From: Rhizodiscina lignyota
Taxonomy: Eukaryota
Direction: 5' to 3'
Assembly (NCBI GenBank): GCA_010015805.1
Contig: ML978121.1
Coordinates: 1,922,001-1,986,000 of the forward strand
DNA length: 64,000 bases
The notes beneath the pieces were generated by a model. It ran no database searches, had not been told where the DNA came from, and saw only the letters and a list, made by a program, of their open reading frames with translations. The translations under genes and the position numbers were made by a program. Shown here piece by piece: positions 36,261 through 47,518 of this stretch; position 1 is the stretch's first letter; each line of letters opens with the position of its first letter.

Positions 36261-37083
36261 CCGGCTGTCCACATATATTCACCCGATAAAATTTCACGTT
36301 ACGAGTAGATTGCGTGGTAAACTTGGCGGTGTATGATGGCCCTGGACAGGAGAATGGAGTGGCGAAGTGAGCTTTTACCATATGTTTGGTTAGAAGTGCT
36401 GCTGCCGTAAAAGTCTTGATGCATCCTGCTACACTGCACTTGAATTGGCCGTCCAATTTGGTATGCACGAGCTGAAAGTGCGAACCGACGTCATTTTGGC
36501 GGGTAAACTTGGAGGTGCATGATAACTCTAGACAGGAGTACTGCTTCTCGCCATGAACGCGGCCTAAATGTTGGTTGAGGAAACTTTGTCCGGCGAATGT
36601 GTGTGGACAGCCCGCATAAATGCATTTTAAATCCCCGTCTTAATAGAGATGCGCAAGCTGTTGGTGCTAGAGTAGCGTCCCTTGCGTATCACGTACGACA
36701 TTGCATGTAGGCTCAGGACATGGAAATGGGCCGCACGGCCTTGACGGACGTGCCTTCCGCGCTCCGTGAGTCTTAGCCAAATGCTGGTCGAGGAATTCCT
36801 GTGCGGTGAACGTGTATGGGCAATCAGGATGGGTGCGCTTCAGAGATCCGTCCAAGAAGGGATTCAAAATCTGCAGATGAGATGTTAGGTGCTGCTGCTG
36901 ACTGAACATCTCATCGCACCCGGGGTTTCGGGCAGGAAATTCGATGCATGGCGGGATCCATGGGCACATTTTAGATGACGTACTGCAAACCATTCCGCAG
37001 ATATGAATATGACGGCTGAGGCTTCTTGCATTTCCATACAGCAATTTGGGGAAATCGGTAAAGAAATCGCGGATATCTTCCAT
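36250..37083 (-). pseudogene. Disrupted multi-C2H2 zinc-finger gene
   Basis: About 7-8 C-x4-C..F..L..H-x4-H units. In-frame TAG (36667-9) and TAA (36640-2), frameshifts near the 5' end, and Cys-to-Arg and Cys-to-Tyr ligand losses. Confidence 0.75.
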
Positions 37084-38630
37084 CGTCGCCGGGAGTGAAA
37101 GGGTAGAGACCGTCAGAATGAGAAGCAGGGTATGAAAGAAGTAGACGTACTCTTGACTTAGTGGTATCTTCCGGTAATTGCGCGAAGTCAAGGCAGGAGC
37201 TGAGGTTGGGAAAAGCAGTGGCAGAGAGGTTGAGATGAGGTCGATAGCCACAGGTAAGACTGAGAAGAAGAGCTGCCGCTAGGAGGAAGAGAGATGACCA
37301 TGAGGGAGAAGACTATGAGAGAGGGACGTGGTCACGACGAAGGAACGCTGGAACGGAAGGAACGCTCGACATGGCGTATGGACAAGCGAGCGCCGCAACG
37401 ACGTCTCGCACCGTTGCAATGGCGCGCCTTTATCTCGACCTCTCTCTGTACGTTGTTTGATGATGCCGCTGGCTCTACCGCCACCGTCAAGGGCGGTGAG
37501 CGCAGGTTCAAATTACAAGAGTGAGTGAGTGGTGATACTCGCCATCTCGCGCATTGGCGAGGTGCATTCGGCCCACTTTTCGTGGCGAGCATCGTGCATG
37601 CACATCAAATTGTACGTTAGAAAGCAGCCCAGCGGCAAGGCGCAATCTACGCTTCTAATGGAGGATGCGCCGCGAGCGAGCGAATGAAGGCGCACCCCAC
37701 GCCAGATTCGCGAAGCGGCAGTCGTTCCGCGTAAAGTCCGTCCGCGGAGCCTTCTCGGCCTCAGTCTGCAGCGTGACGTCTCCGTTTACTGTTCCTGAAC
37801 ACCTGCTTTGGTAATGTCCGCCTAAGCCTCGTGCCGGCCCATCTCTGTGCGGAAGTTGCAGGCCTTTCACGTCGTCGATTACCGCCGCGTCGTGCTTGAA
37901 CGTCGCTCGATGAAGTAATCCATTTTGAAGCATCACGAATGCCACGAAACGCCCTTCGAGAAGCCCAACAGCCAAGCCGCCGGAGCGTTCAAGCCACGCG
38001 GTGCATCAATCACGTAAGCTCAGCGATGGACAGTAATTCTGCCTCCCTACACATGGAACTGCATAGAGCTCCTACCAATTCGCTTGCTCACTATCGTGGG
38101 TGTCGCAAGCGTCCGTGGAAGCATCTTAGTCCACATGTTTGAGTAAGATGCCCAGCGTACAAATATGGCGAGAGAGTCTCTTCGTGACAGACGTAACCTG
38201 GCCCCAGCTTGCAAGCAGAGCGCACGCAGACAGCAAATCGCCGTGCGTCGCATCGCACTCTGCTCACTCGATAGGCACGCCACACGCCATACCCCGGATC
38301 TGCAATTAGAGTTTCGATCAACAATACGACTGACCGAACAGCTTAACAAGCATTACACTTCCTCGAGCAACACCACGGCCAGTTCCACAGGCTTCGCGAA
38401 GTTTAAGGTTTGCGAGTATTAAGGCTGAGGTGGGGAGCTTACCCCAACCCCATAGCCGCGTCCACGGCCACCCACGACGCCGCATCATCAGCTGCACAGC
38501 GATAACGCGAGACAACTGCCGGCCCCAAACTCGTGTTCGTCACGGCGAGGATCTCCAGGCGCGCGCAGGGTGGCAGCGGTTGAAGGGCCGTTTGATGGTT
38601 GTTTAAGGTTCATTTAGCCTGGGCGTGGTG

Positions 38631-41353
38631 ATGCAGGACGACGATGGAGCTCCCGGCTTTTCTCGCCACTTTGCTGCCTTTCCCAATGCGGCCAGGGACA
38701 CCGACCCACCTCGCAGCGGCGGCACGTCTGCAGGCCAGAGCACAACCTCTACCACCACCGGCCATAAGCCAGCCCATGCCTCCTCAAGCAGGAGTAATGA
38801 ACTCGACAACTCGCACCATGCCTCCGAGAACACGCCGCAGACCCTCTCCACCACCTCCGTAGCCGCGCACACTCCCATCGAGGGCCTCGCTACCGACGCG
38901 CAGACCCTGCAGCGAGGACACATGAGCGTCGCCGGCCAGCCTCCACCTCCCGCCAGCCAGCAGAGCGTTCTTGAGGCCATCGACTACACCAACTACGGCT
39001 ACGCCCCTGGCGGCGCGCTCGTGTGGGATTGGGACAGCAGCCTCGACTTCCCCGACTTTGCACGCTTCTATGAGCCACAGGGCGAGCTGGTGCAGGAGCT
39101 CCAGGAACAGCAGCAGCCGACAAACGACTTTGCCCTCCCGCAACCCGTCGCCAGGCGCGAGAGCGACACGCCAGCATCATTGAGCGAGCAGCCCGTTGTG
39201 CTTCAGCAGACACAGACACACACGCCCGAAGCTGCCGTGCAGAGCCCCGCCCAGATGCCTCAGGGCATTTCCGCCCAGCGACCCCCCGATCCGCCGCCTC
39301 CACCGTCGAGGATGTCGAGCATAGCGAGCATACAGACAACTTTGAAGCGGAAGCCAGAGTCAGGCCCATCGTCCGCCATTTCACCTGGTGGCGGCGAGAC
39401 GCAACAACCTCCTGCCAAGAGGGTTGCTACGAAAGGGCGTTCATCGTCAACCACCACCACTCCAGTCGCTACACAACCCGACCGTAGACCAATGGCTACC
39501 CGCAGTCAATCCGCAATCAATTCCACGGTAACGGCAAGACCGGCTCTCACGGCCGACACATCTGTCGACAGCCCTGTTCCGCAAGAAGGTGAGCCATCGT
39601 CCGCTCGGCCGATAACCACGGAGCAAGAGACGACAACGTCACCCACTGCCGAACGCTCCTCCGGCTCAGGCAGAACGCGGAAAGTGGCCGAGCTATCATC
39701 TAAATTCAACAACATCCTCCCCGCTGGCAAAGTATTCCCAATTCAAATAGGATCAGAGCTCTTTCGGCTATCTGGTGCATCGATATCTTCAGATGGTACG
39801 TATTTCCCCTGATCAGCTCAAAATGACACAGAACAACATTGATTGACACCTCTAGAGCACCCTCATATTTCTCGCATTTCTTTAGCGAGCAGCTACTCAA
39901 CAATTCTGGCAAGTCTGGCAGCATAAGGACCTTATACATAGATCGAGATCCGCAGACATTCCGTGATATATCTCTGCATTTGCAAGGTGAGCTCATCGAA
40001 CATCCAATCAAATGATATATATTTTAACGATTTTTAGGATACCATGTCAAACCTCGAGATGGCGAACATTACGTCCGCCTCTTCGCCGACGCTCAATTCT
40101 ACAGCTTACCACGACTTACCCAACAGCTCTTCAAAACCGACATCTACATCCAAATCGGCGACCGCAACTTCCAGATACCGCGCGACATCTTCTCGTCTCC
40201 CGGTAACTCACCGAATTTCTTCTCCTTAGGGTTCGCTCACTTCTTCAGCACGCCATCAGAGGTCTTCCCTGGCCTTGATCGAACTAGCCTGCTTCGGCCT
40301 CCAAGCATACAGCCACCCTCGGTTCCAAATCGTTCCGCCGATGTCTTTGAAGACCTGCTCCGACTCCTGCAAGGCTATCCCGTCAACGTACGAGACGAGA
40401 ACCACCGGCAGGACTTGCTCCGCGACGCGCGCTACTTTCACCTCAAGGGCTTAGAGCAGAAGCTCATCCCGTGCGAAGTAAGCTTCAACCTCGCGCGGCA
40501 GCAATCAGAGATCGTCATTCGCCTCGAGGACATCCGCCAATCCGGCATCTCCTTCAGCGCAGACCCAGAGTCCGGCGCGACCGCAACTTCGGCAGACATC
40601 GCTTCCGCGGCAGGGGGCGGCGCCCAGCCCACCTCCGCACAGTCCGGTCACGGCAGCAAGCCCGCCACGCCCTCGTCCGCACTCACCCCTGCCGCTGCGG
40701 GCGCGAGCCTATTCACTCCCAAGGCCCCGACTGGCTACATCTGCTACGCGCGCCCCTTCACCGACGAGTCGTCGCACTCGCTGATCGTCGAGACGAGCAC
40801 CGTCGAGGCCACCAGGATCGACCTGAGCGCCATGCGCGCCACCTTCACCGGCCAGACAAAGGCCAGGATCGCGAGCCTGTTCCAGGTCATCGCGAACAAG
40901 ATGAATCTCCCCGCGACGCAGCCGCTCGGCCTGATGATGGTGGAGCGGGGCGGCGGCCTCGCGGCCATGCCCGTCAGCCCGAGCAACTCGGGCGTCAGTG
41001 GGGATCGTGTCAGAGTCGACATTGGCAGGGACGCGTGGTGCGAGGTCGACGGGGGAGTGGTCGAGTGGGTGGACGTCAGGGATCTGGAGCATCCGCATGG
41101 CATGGGCATGGAGGAGGATGAGCGGCCCTCGCTGCCGCCGGTGAGGAGTTGGATTCCTGCGGGCGTGACGGACGGCGAGGAGAGGAGGCTGGATCTCATG
41201 GGCGAGTGGATAGTGTGCAAGGCGCACTGGCGGCTGAGGGTGCAGCCGGCGGAGGACGATGCGAGGATTGTGGAGGTCGTGATGCAGGCCGTGAGGTTGC
41301 AAGCGAACACCGGGGAGCGGGCGAGGAACGCCAAGAGGGGCTTCTTGAAGTGA
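38631..41353 (+). CDS. BTB/POZ (K-channel tetramerisation-type) domain protein, 3 exons
   Basis: KVFPIQIGSELFRLSGASISSD|APSYFSHFF, TLYIDRDPQTF..LHLQ|GY, LFADAQFYSLP and LLRDARYFHLKGLEQ. Confidence 0.85.
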
Positions 41354-41608
41354 AGTGTCTTGTATATAACGGTGTTCTTTCTGGGGCTATGGTCTGGTGT
41401 GGCTCATTTGACATCTGAATTTGGCTTGTGGTTGGCCTCCATTGCGGCATGGTTTGAGCGCGCAATTGCATTTGCATGTTGCATTTCAGAAGCGTATTCT
41501 TCGTGTACGCATAGAAGGGGTTCGAGCATTCTCGGATGGCTGTTGGAGCGGTTTCATTTCCTGCAATTCTATGGCATGCAATGTCAATATTGATCTGGTC
41601 TCTGCCTT

Positions 41609-43388
41609 TTACTGATTCTTGTCACCGCCTCGCACGAAAAAGGGGCTCTTGGTCACCTTGTCCCAGTCGTGCAGCATTTCTGTGTTCTCCATCCCCACCC
41701 TGACTTCCTCTCCCGCCCGCTTGACCATCTCCTCCTGGTACGCGGAAATACCTTCGAGGCGCGTCTTCCGGCCTTGGCTGTAGTCCAGCAGCTCCCTCGT
41801 CAAGGCCACCGCGTCGGCGATGCCGTGATTGAGGCCTTGGCCGCGCTGAAACGGCATGGGGTGCGCTGCGTCGCCCACCACGCACGCCCGGCCGTCGCGC
41901 GTGTCCATCGCGACAGGCATCCACACGGATATCTTGTTCTCGTGGAGCGGCGTCGAGTCGGGCACCCACACGTTGGCCGAGCGGAAGGGCTCCGCGAACG
42001 TCTGCGCGCGCGCCTTGTGCGCGGCCATCGACGTGACGGCCGCGGTCGACGAGGCATCTGTCCGCCAGGTCGTCTGCAGCTGGAACGTCCAGGACGCTGG
42101 GTCGTCGGGGTGGGGGACGTCTTGCACTGTGAAATCCAATATCAGTGTCAATCCGTTAAGGACCCTCCAAGTAGCCATCTGGCGCCTGTCGCGGATGGCT
42201 TCATCCTCTATCTGGGGGAGGTTGACGGAGGATTGTAAGCCGTCGTTTATGCAGATGTTTCAGTTCGAGGTTGTAGTCTAAGTGCAATTGATTGCGGCTC
42301 CGCAGGTTTCAGACGGAGAAGCAGGCTTTCTTTGGCTTTGCCGGCCGATTATTGACGTCGGTTTACGACGATGAGGCGGCTTAATATCCCTGACGATTAT
42401 AAAGAACTTACCTGATATCCACAACCAGTAGCCATCAGGATGCACCCCAATAGCTTGTATTGGTGTCAGGTATTTCCGTACGAAGAGGGCCTTTTGCGCG
42501 TCTCCGTACGACACGTGGAAATTGAGGCCTCCGAATGGTATGATATCTGCTTCTCCGGCAGCGCCAAGCAAACTGCTTCGAACACGGGACCTTGCACCGT
42601 CTGCACCGACGAGAACGGTCCCTGTAGCTGTGAATCCATCGGAAAAGTGTGCGGTCACGTTAGTGCCATCGGCCGAGAAAGAGGCGGAGTCGAAGACTTT
42701 GTCATACTGAGATTATATCAGTATCAGAGAGGCTCTTGGCGCGCCCTGCACAGCCACTGTTGTCACAGCTTCATGTCAATTTTTGTACCTGAATATCAAT
42801 GCCCTCTGCACACAGGGCTCTAAACTTGCGTCTCGAGACTCTCAGCATCTTTACCAGGGGGATATTCTATTCTGAATAAGCCGAGGTTGCAACATGCGCG
42901 AGGCGCAGATCTGACTTTAAGTAATTCCCCGGTGCCTCCATGGTAGAAGGGCATGTGGTTGCCCGTCTCCGGATACACGTAGTATGGGTCGACGGCCGTG
43001 CTTTGCAGCCTTGCCATCAGATCGCTCGGGAGCAATGAGTCGAGCATGGGCAATGCCCATTGCACAGACATGCCCCATTCCCGACGTCGGTGGTGAGCCG
43101 ATGAGGCCTCTGACTCGAAGACAGTGCATCGGATGCGACTCTGCGATTATTCCCGTGAACACCGATGCACAGGCGGAGATTGAGTGAAACATGGAGACAG
43201 CGGTGCTTGAACATTCGGTAAAAGCAAGGAAAGCAGCACCTTTTGGAGACTCTGCGCCAGGAGCAGGCCAGCCAGTCCTGCGGGCGTTTTAATCTCGAGC
43301 TGTCGGGAAAGCGGGTCAGATTGAAGGCTCACAGACCTGCTCCCACGATCAGGACATGGATCTCGCGACTGGATTCGTGGTCAGCCAT
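41609..43388 (-). CDS. FAD-dependent monooxygenase (group A aromatic hydroxylase type), 6 exons
   Basis: HVLIVGA|GLAGL, REWGMS, LVGADGARSRVR and VGDAAHPMPFQRGQGLNHGIADA. Confidence 0.9.
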
Positions 43389-44370
43389 GCTGAATTGGAT
43401 CGGAGCGGATCAGATATCAGATATCAGACAGCAGAGGATCGTGTCATTCCCGGAGTGAGTAGCAAAAAGGCAGAATGATGCAGGGGAGATTGCAAATACG
43501 GACGGGAAAAAACGTGGCCCCGAGAGAGCAAAGCTTCTATGTAGAAGAGCACGGTGGTGGAATCGTGAGACGAGACGTGTACGGTGGATAGATAGCCAAA
43601 CAGCCGGAATAGCTAGTGTAGGTAGGCGTCACCGCTTTCAGCCTTACGAGAGTAATGTCAGGGGGCCATCGCTATAGCAGGAGTACTGTCAGCTCGCGTA
43701 TCCTCTACTACTCCAAGTTGGGACGTGCGTGTCTGGGTCGCAACATATCCTCTCCCGGGCAGGAATGTCCAGCAATGCAATCAGCCCTGCGAATTTGGAA
43801 TTCCCTGGGCCTTGAGCTACGCCATATAGGGGAAATGTCTAGATTGAAAGAATTGCGATGGATTGGCGGTGGGTTGCGAAGGCACGAGAGCCTCAGGGGT
43901 ACAGACGCATTCGGATATCATTAACCAGGGTTGGAGTGCAGCGCCCTACTCGGCTGCCAAGTTGAACTTCGCCCGCAACAAGGCGGAAGCGAGCGCAATT
44001 GTAGGTAACTCCACAGTCGACCGCATATTACGCCAAAGCAGCCCTACGTGACTCGTGGCAGCGTCAAGGTGCTCCTGATCGGAGATACTTCCGTAGTAGG
44101 GATGTGCCCGCGCGCGGTCTGGCGAGGCGAGCACAGTCGGCGGGGATCGTTTTTCTGCCTCTGAGGTTGAGATCGAAGTGTCACCCTTGACTTTGAGGCC
44201 TCAATGTTCTGGCGTATTCATGACGTAAAGATGTCCACACATCACAAAGCTGAATATAAAAATTCCTGTGGCTGAAAGAAGTAGTAAGTAGACTGTTCAA
44301 TTTACTCTCGGACGCTTTCCATTCAATTCTTGCACGCGAGTCGTGGAACACTTGCAAAACAACCCCAAAA

Positions 44371-45068
44371 ATGAGCGCAACACGTAACGAAGACGCAGTC
44401 GCAGCGGTCACAAATCAGGGCGGTCAATTCCACTCGAAGATTGAGAGGGACGAACCCTTGACCACGCACGGTGTACGCATTACCGTTCTTCTCCATTAGG
44501 CTCATGATTCATCCAAGTCTAACCAGCCTTGCAGCACAAACCAGGCGTCAAAGCCTCGCCGGCAGACAATGCACCAGAGTTCCATGCGCAGACTCTACCG
44601 CCTGGCACCGCACCGGCGGACAGGACTTTCCGCCCCAATGCCAACAACGAAGTCCCTCCTGTAGTCGACTACTCCTCGAACGTTGATCCTGAACACGAAC
44701 GCTCCACTGCCACCGACACTCTCGGTGGCGCAAGCTCTGCGGATGTTCACACTGGCCTAGGACATCCTGGTCAAGGACAGACGAGCACTGAGATCCGTCA
44801 CGACGGACAACACAGTCGCGCGAAACAGGGAACCGGCCTAGTTGGTACGGGTGCTAGTGGCATGGAGACTGGCGGCGTGGTCAACGCAAGCAAAGCCGTA
44901 AACCCTCATGACCCTGCCTTTGCGAACCAGAGGGGTCTAGAGAAAGAAGAAGCAGGTGTCGCTGGAGAGAGAGGAAATATTGGAGGTCCGTCGGCTGAGG
45001 AGAGGATTCCCGAGTCTAGTGAGACTGTTGCTGCAGAGGCACCTAAAGACAGGTCAAAGATTCATTGA
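44371..45068 (+). CDS. Small hydrophilic Gly-rich hypothetical protein (stress/hydrophilin-like), 2 exons
   Basis: AAAATG start; GQFHSKIERDEPLTTHG|HKPG..APEFHAQTLPPGTAP..ADVHTGLGHPGQGQTS; TATA-like sequence near 44255. Confidence 0.75.
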
Positions 45069-45701
45069 AATTTGATAACTACAATGAGGATAAAGAAGGC
45101 AACTTGGTGAAGACAAAAAACCATGAGAGCTGGTGGAGAGTTGTAGAATAGTACGGTGCAATCAATGCATACACCCACGCATTTGTGCGATTTATAATGC
45201 CCCGAGCTGTGATGAATGTGCAGTAAGATACTGCAAGGGGGAAAAGAGCCAATGAATGAAAAGTTCCAAATAAACTAGACGCCCTCGCTATGGTGTGATT
45301 TTCTCCGCCTGTGTCTTTTATCTTATAAATAAGATAAGGTAAGGCGGGAGCTAATAAGACAGATTTTCAGAAGTCAGACGAATTGCAATCCTCAATGCCT
45401 TTAGGGTATCCAATATCAACAACCTTCCCATTTTTCGCCAAGCCGCGGTGCGAAGAAAATTCTTCCCCTCTTTTTCGCGAAAACATCGAGATAGCTGACT
45501 TGTCCAATCGCGAGGATTCGCTCTCGGTCTTTGTGGTTTCGGCCACTGGCTTCGCTCCTTGAGGATGCATCTTCCCCATGCAGAGTTGATGCAGGAGTTA
45601 ACGTGTCGTCACGGCTAGCCTCGGAACGACTTGGCCATCGATCTATGCAATGAGCCGATAGTTCCCTTCTGCCAAGGTGAGAATGGCGGTCGAACGCTCT
45701 G

Positions 45702-46032
45702 CTATGCTGGAGCCGAGCCTGCTTTGCTGGATACATTTGACGTGATACTTTTCCGACGCGGAGCCGTCTCTCCAAATGCCTTTCGGGCTGATTGTGTTCG
45801 ACGCATATCGCTATTCGAGATTGCTCGCCCTGCGTGTGATGGACATTTGTAACCAACGTAAACCGTCTGCCTAAGCCAGCCGTACCAAATCAGCAAGTCT
45901 TTGGCTCATTGCGAGTGAAAATAAAACTAACTCTGTGACTGGGTGACGGCCATAAAGTGCGCAGGCGTCGATTCCGTGCACCGTATATATGCAACCGCAC
46001 GCTGCATATCTCTCCACGACTTGTATGCACAT
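45702..46032 (-). CDS. Small Cys/His-rich protein (~89 aa), 2 exons
   Basis: Intron 45931-45871 (GTTAGT..GCTGAT..TAG) joins MCIQVVERYAACGCIYTVHGIDACALYGRHPVTE to QTVYVGYKCPSH in frame. Confidence 0.65.
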
Positions 46033-47518
46033 ACGTCCCAGCGAATGCTTCTTGATCTGAGACTCCACAGACGAATAGATCTTGCCGTGTGGAGAAAGTG
46101 TCGGGAATGAGAAACACGAATCGCGTGCGACAGGGTAAAAGGGAAGGCAGGAGCAAGGGGACGGTGATATGAAATAAGAAAGGCTGCGACTGTCCGAGTA
46201 CTCGGTAGCTGTGAAACAGCGGGAGCTAAAGCAATGCGGATGAGAAGAGACTCAAATAGCGAACTGCTCCACCATGGCATAGTTTAAGGGACTCTAAGGA
46301 ACGGGCCGCAAGACACAATGTTGAGCAGTGGCCACAATTCAGCCACCCTATCATGGAGGCACAGCACGTGCTTATTCCATAAACCAAGGAACATGACCTA
46401 GAGCAGCGGGAATAGCGGGCCATCACCCCCCATTGAGATGTCTCGCCTTCGTTACCTTTCTTCGAATGCCGTAGGGACTCCATAGCGGCGGGGACGAAGA
46501 CTTGTAGTAAGTAGAGTATTTGTGAAACGCACGAAAGCGATGCAGAGTCCGCAGCACGGCTTAGGTTACTGCTCGACTGCATGCTACGCGAAAGCGCGCC
46601 GATGTCATGGGCGATTTTCTGAGCTGAATAGTTACGACTGGTCGCCAATCGCGGGAAGGATCGATTGTGTGGTATGCGTAAGCGAATGATGTGGAGCTTC
46701 CATGCAAAGGTCGGCCGTGGAGCATGCCCCCACGGTCAGCCCTATGGCCCTGTAGGGTTCCTATTGAACTTCTGCTTGGCAGCAAGTATTGGCCACCATC
46801 AGTTCGCAGATTGGGATACGAGAACTTACAATAATAAATCAAAGATAGATTTTATTATATCCGCCCAATGCCTCTTAGAAATCAAGCGGGCCGTCGCAAT
46901 GTAAAACGCTCTAACGAACGGAAGCATCACTGCGAGAGAAGGTTACCCAGCGACAAGGAAAGCGTGGCAAACGGTATCTGAGTCGGCACACGCACGCGCG
47001 AACTGTTATTTACTAAGCCCTCTGTTATCCTGGGTCGAAGAATGACTGATGCGGATCGTCGGAGTCCCTCGAGGTTACGTTGAAATAGCGGTCGCAATTG
47101 CGTGTTCTGAATCACAATGGGTAAATCACGTGGTGATGCGCCGGGGGTGAGTACAGATATCCTGGATGCCGGATAAAGTTATTCTGCAGGAACTGATATT
47201 CCCAGGCGCCGAACTTCCTCTTCCAACTATTTCTCGGGACAAGCCGCAATGCACTGCGCAGTGCGTGACCTCCAGGCTCCCGTGATATACGTAGTCCGAT
47301 TCCACGTCGTTCAGCGGATCGTCGAACCTTGTTGAGCGTCAGCTGCGGGATGGTTCGACGCAGATCAACAATTCAGCTAGCCAGGAAATCGCAGAACTGT
47401 CTTGCTGCTTCGGACAATGCTCCGAAACCTTCAAGAGAAAAGTGTAGACGCCGACCAGAGGTCAGAAAGGCTCGGGAATTGGTGAATCTCCATCTACATT
47501 AGTCATGACGCGGTAAGA

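Noticed and set aside
37294..38620. Short ORFs upstream of the BTB gene
   Set aside because: No motifs, codon bias or consistent exon chain; treated as promoter/leader.
47340..47370. tRNA T-loop-like GGTTCGA
   Set aside because: No cloverleaf stems or A-box around it.
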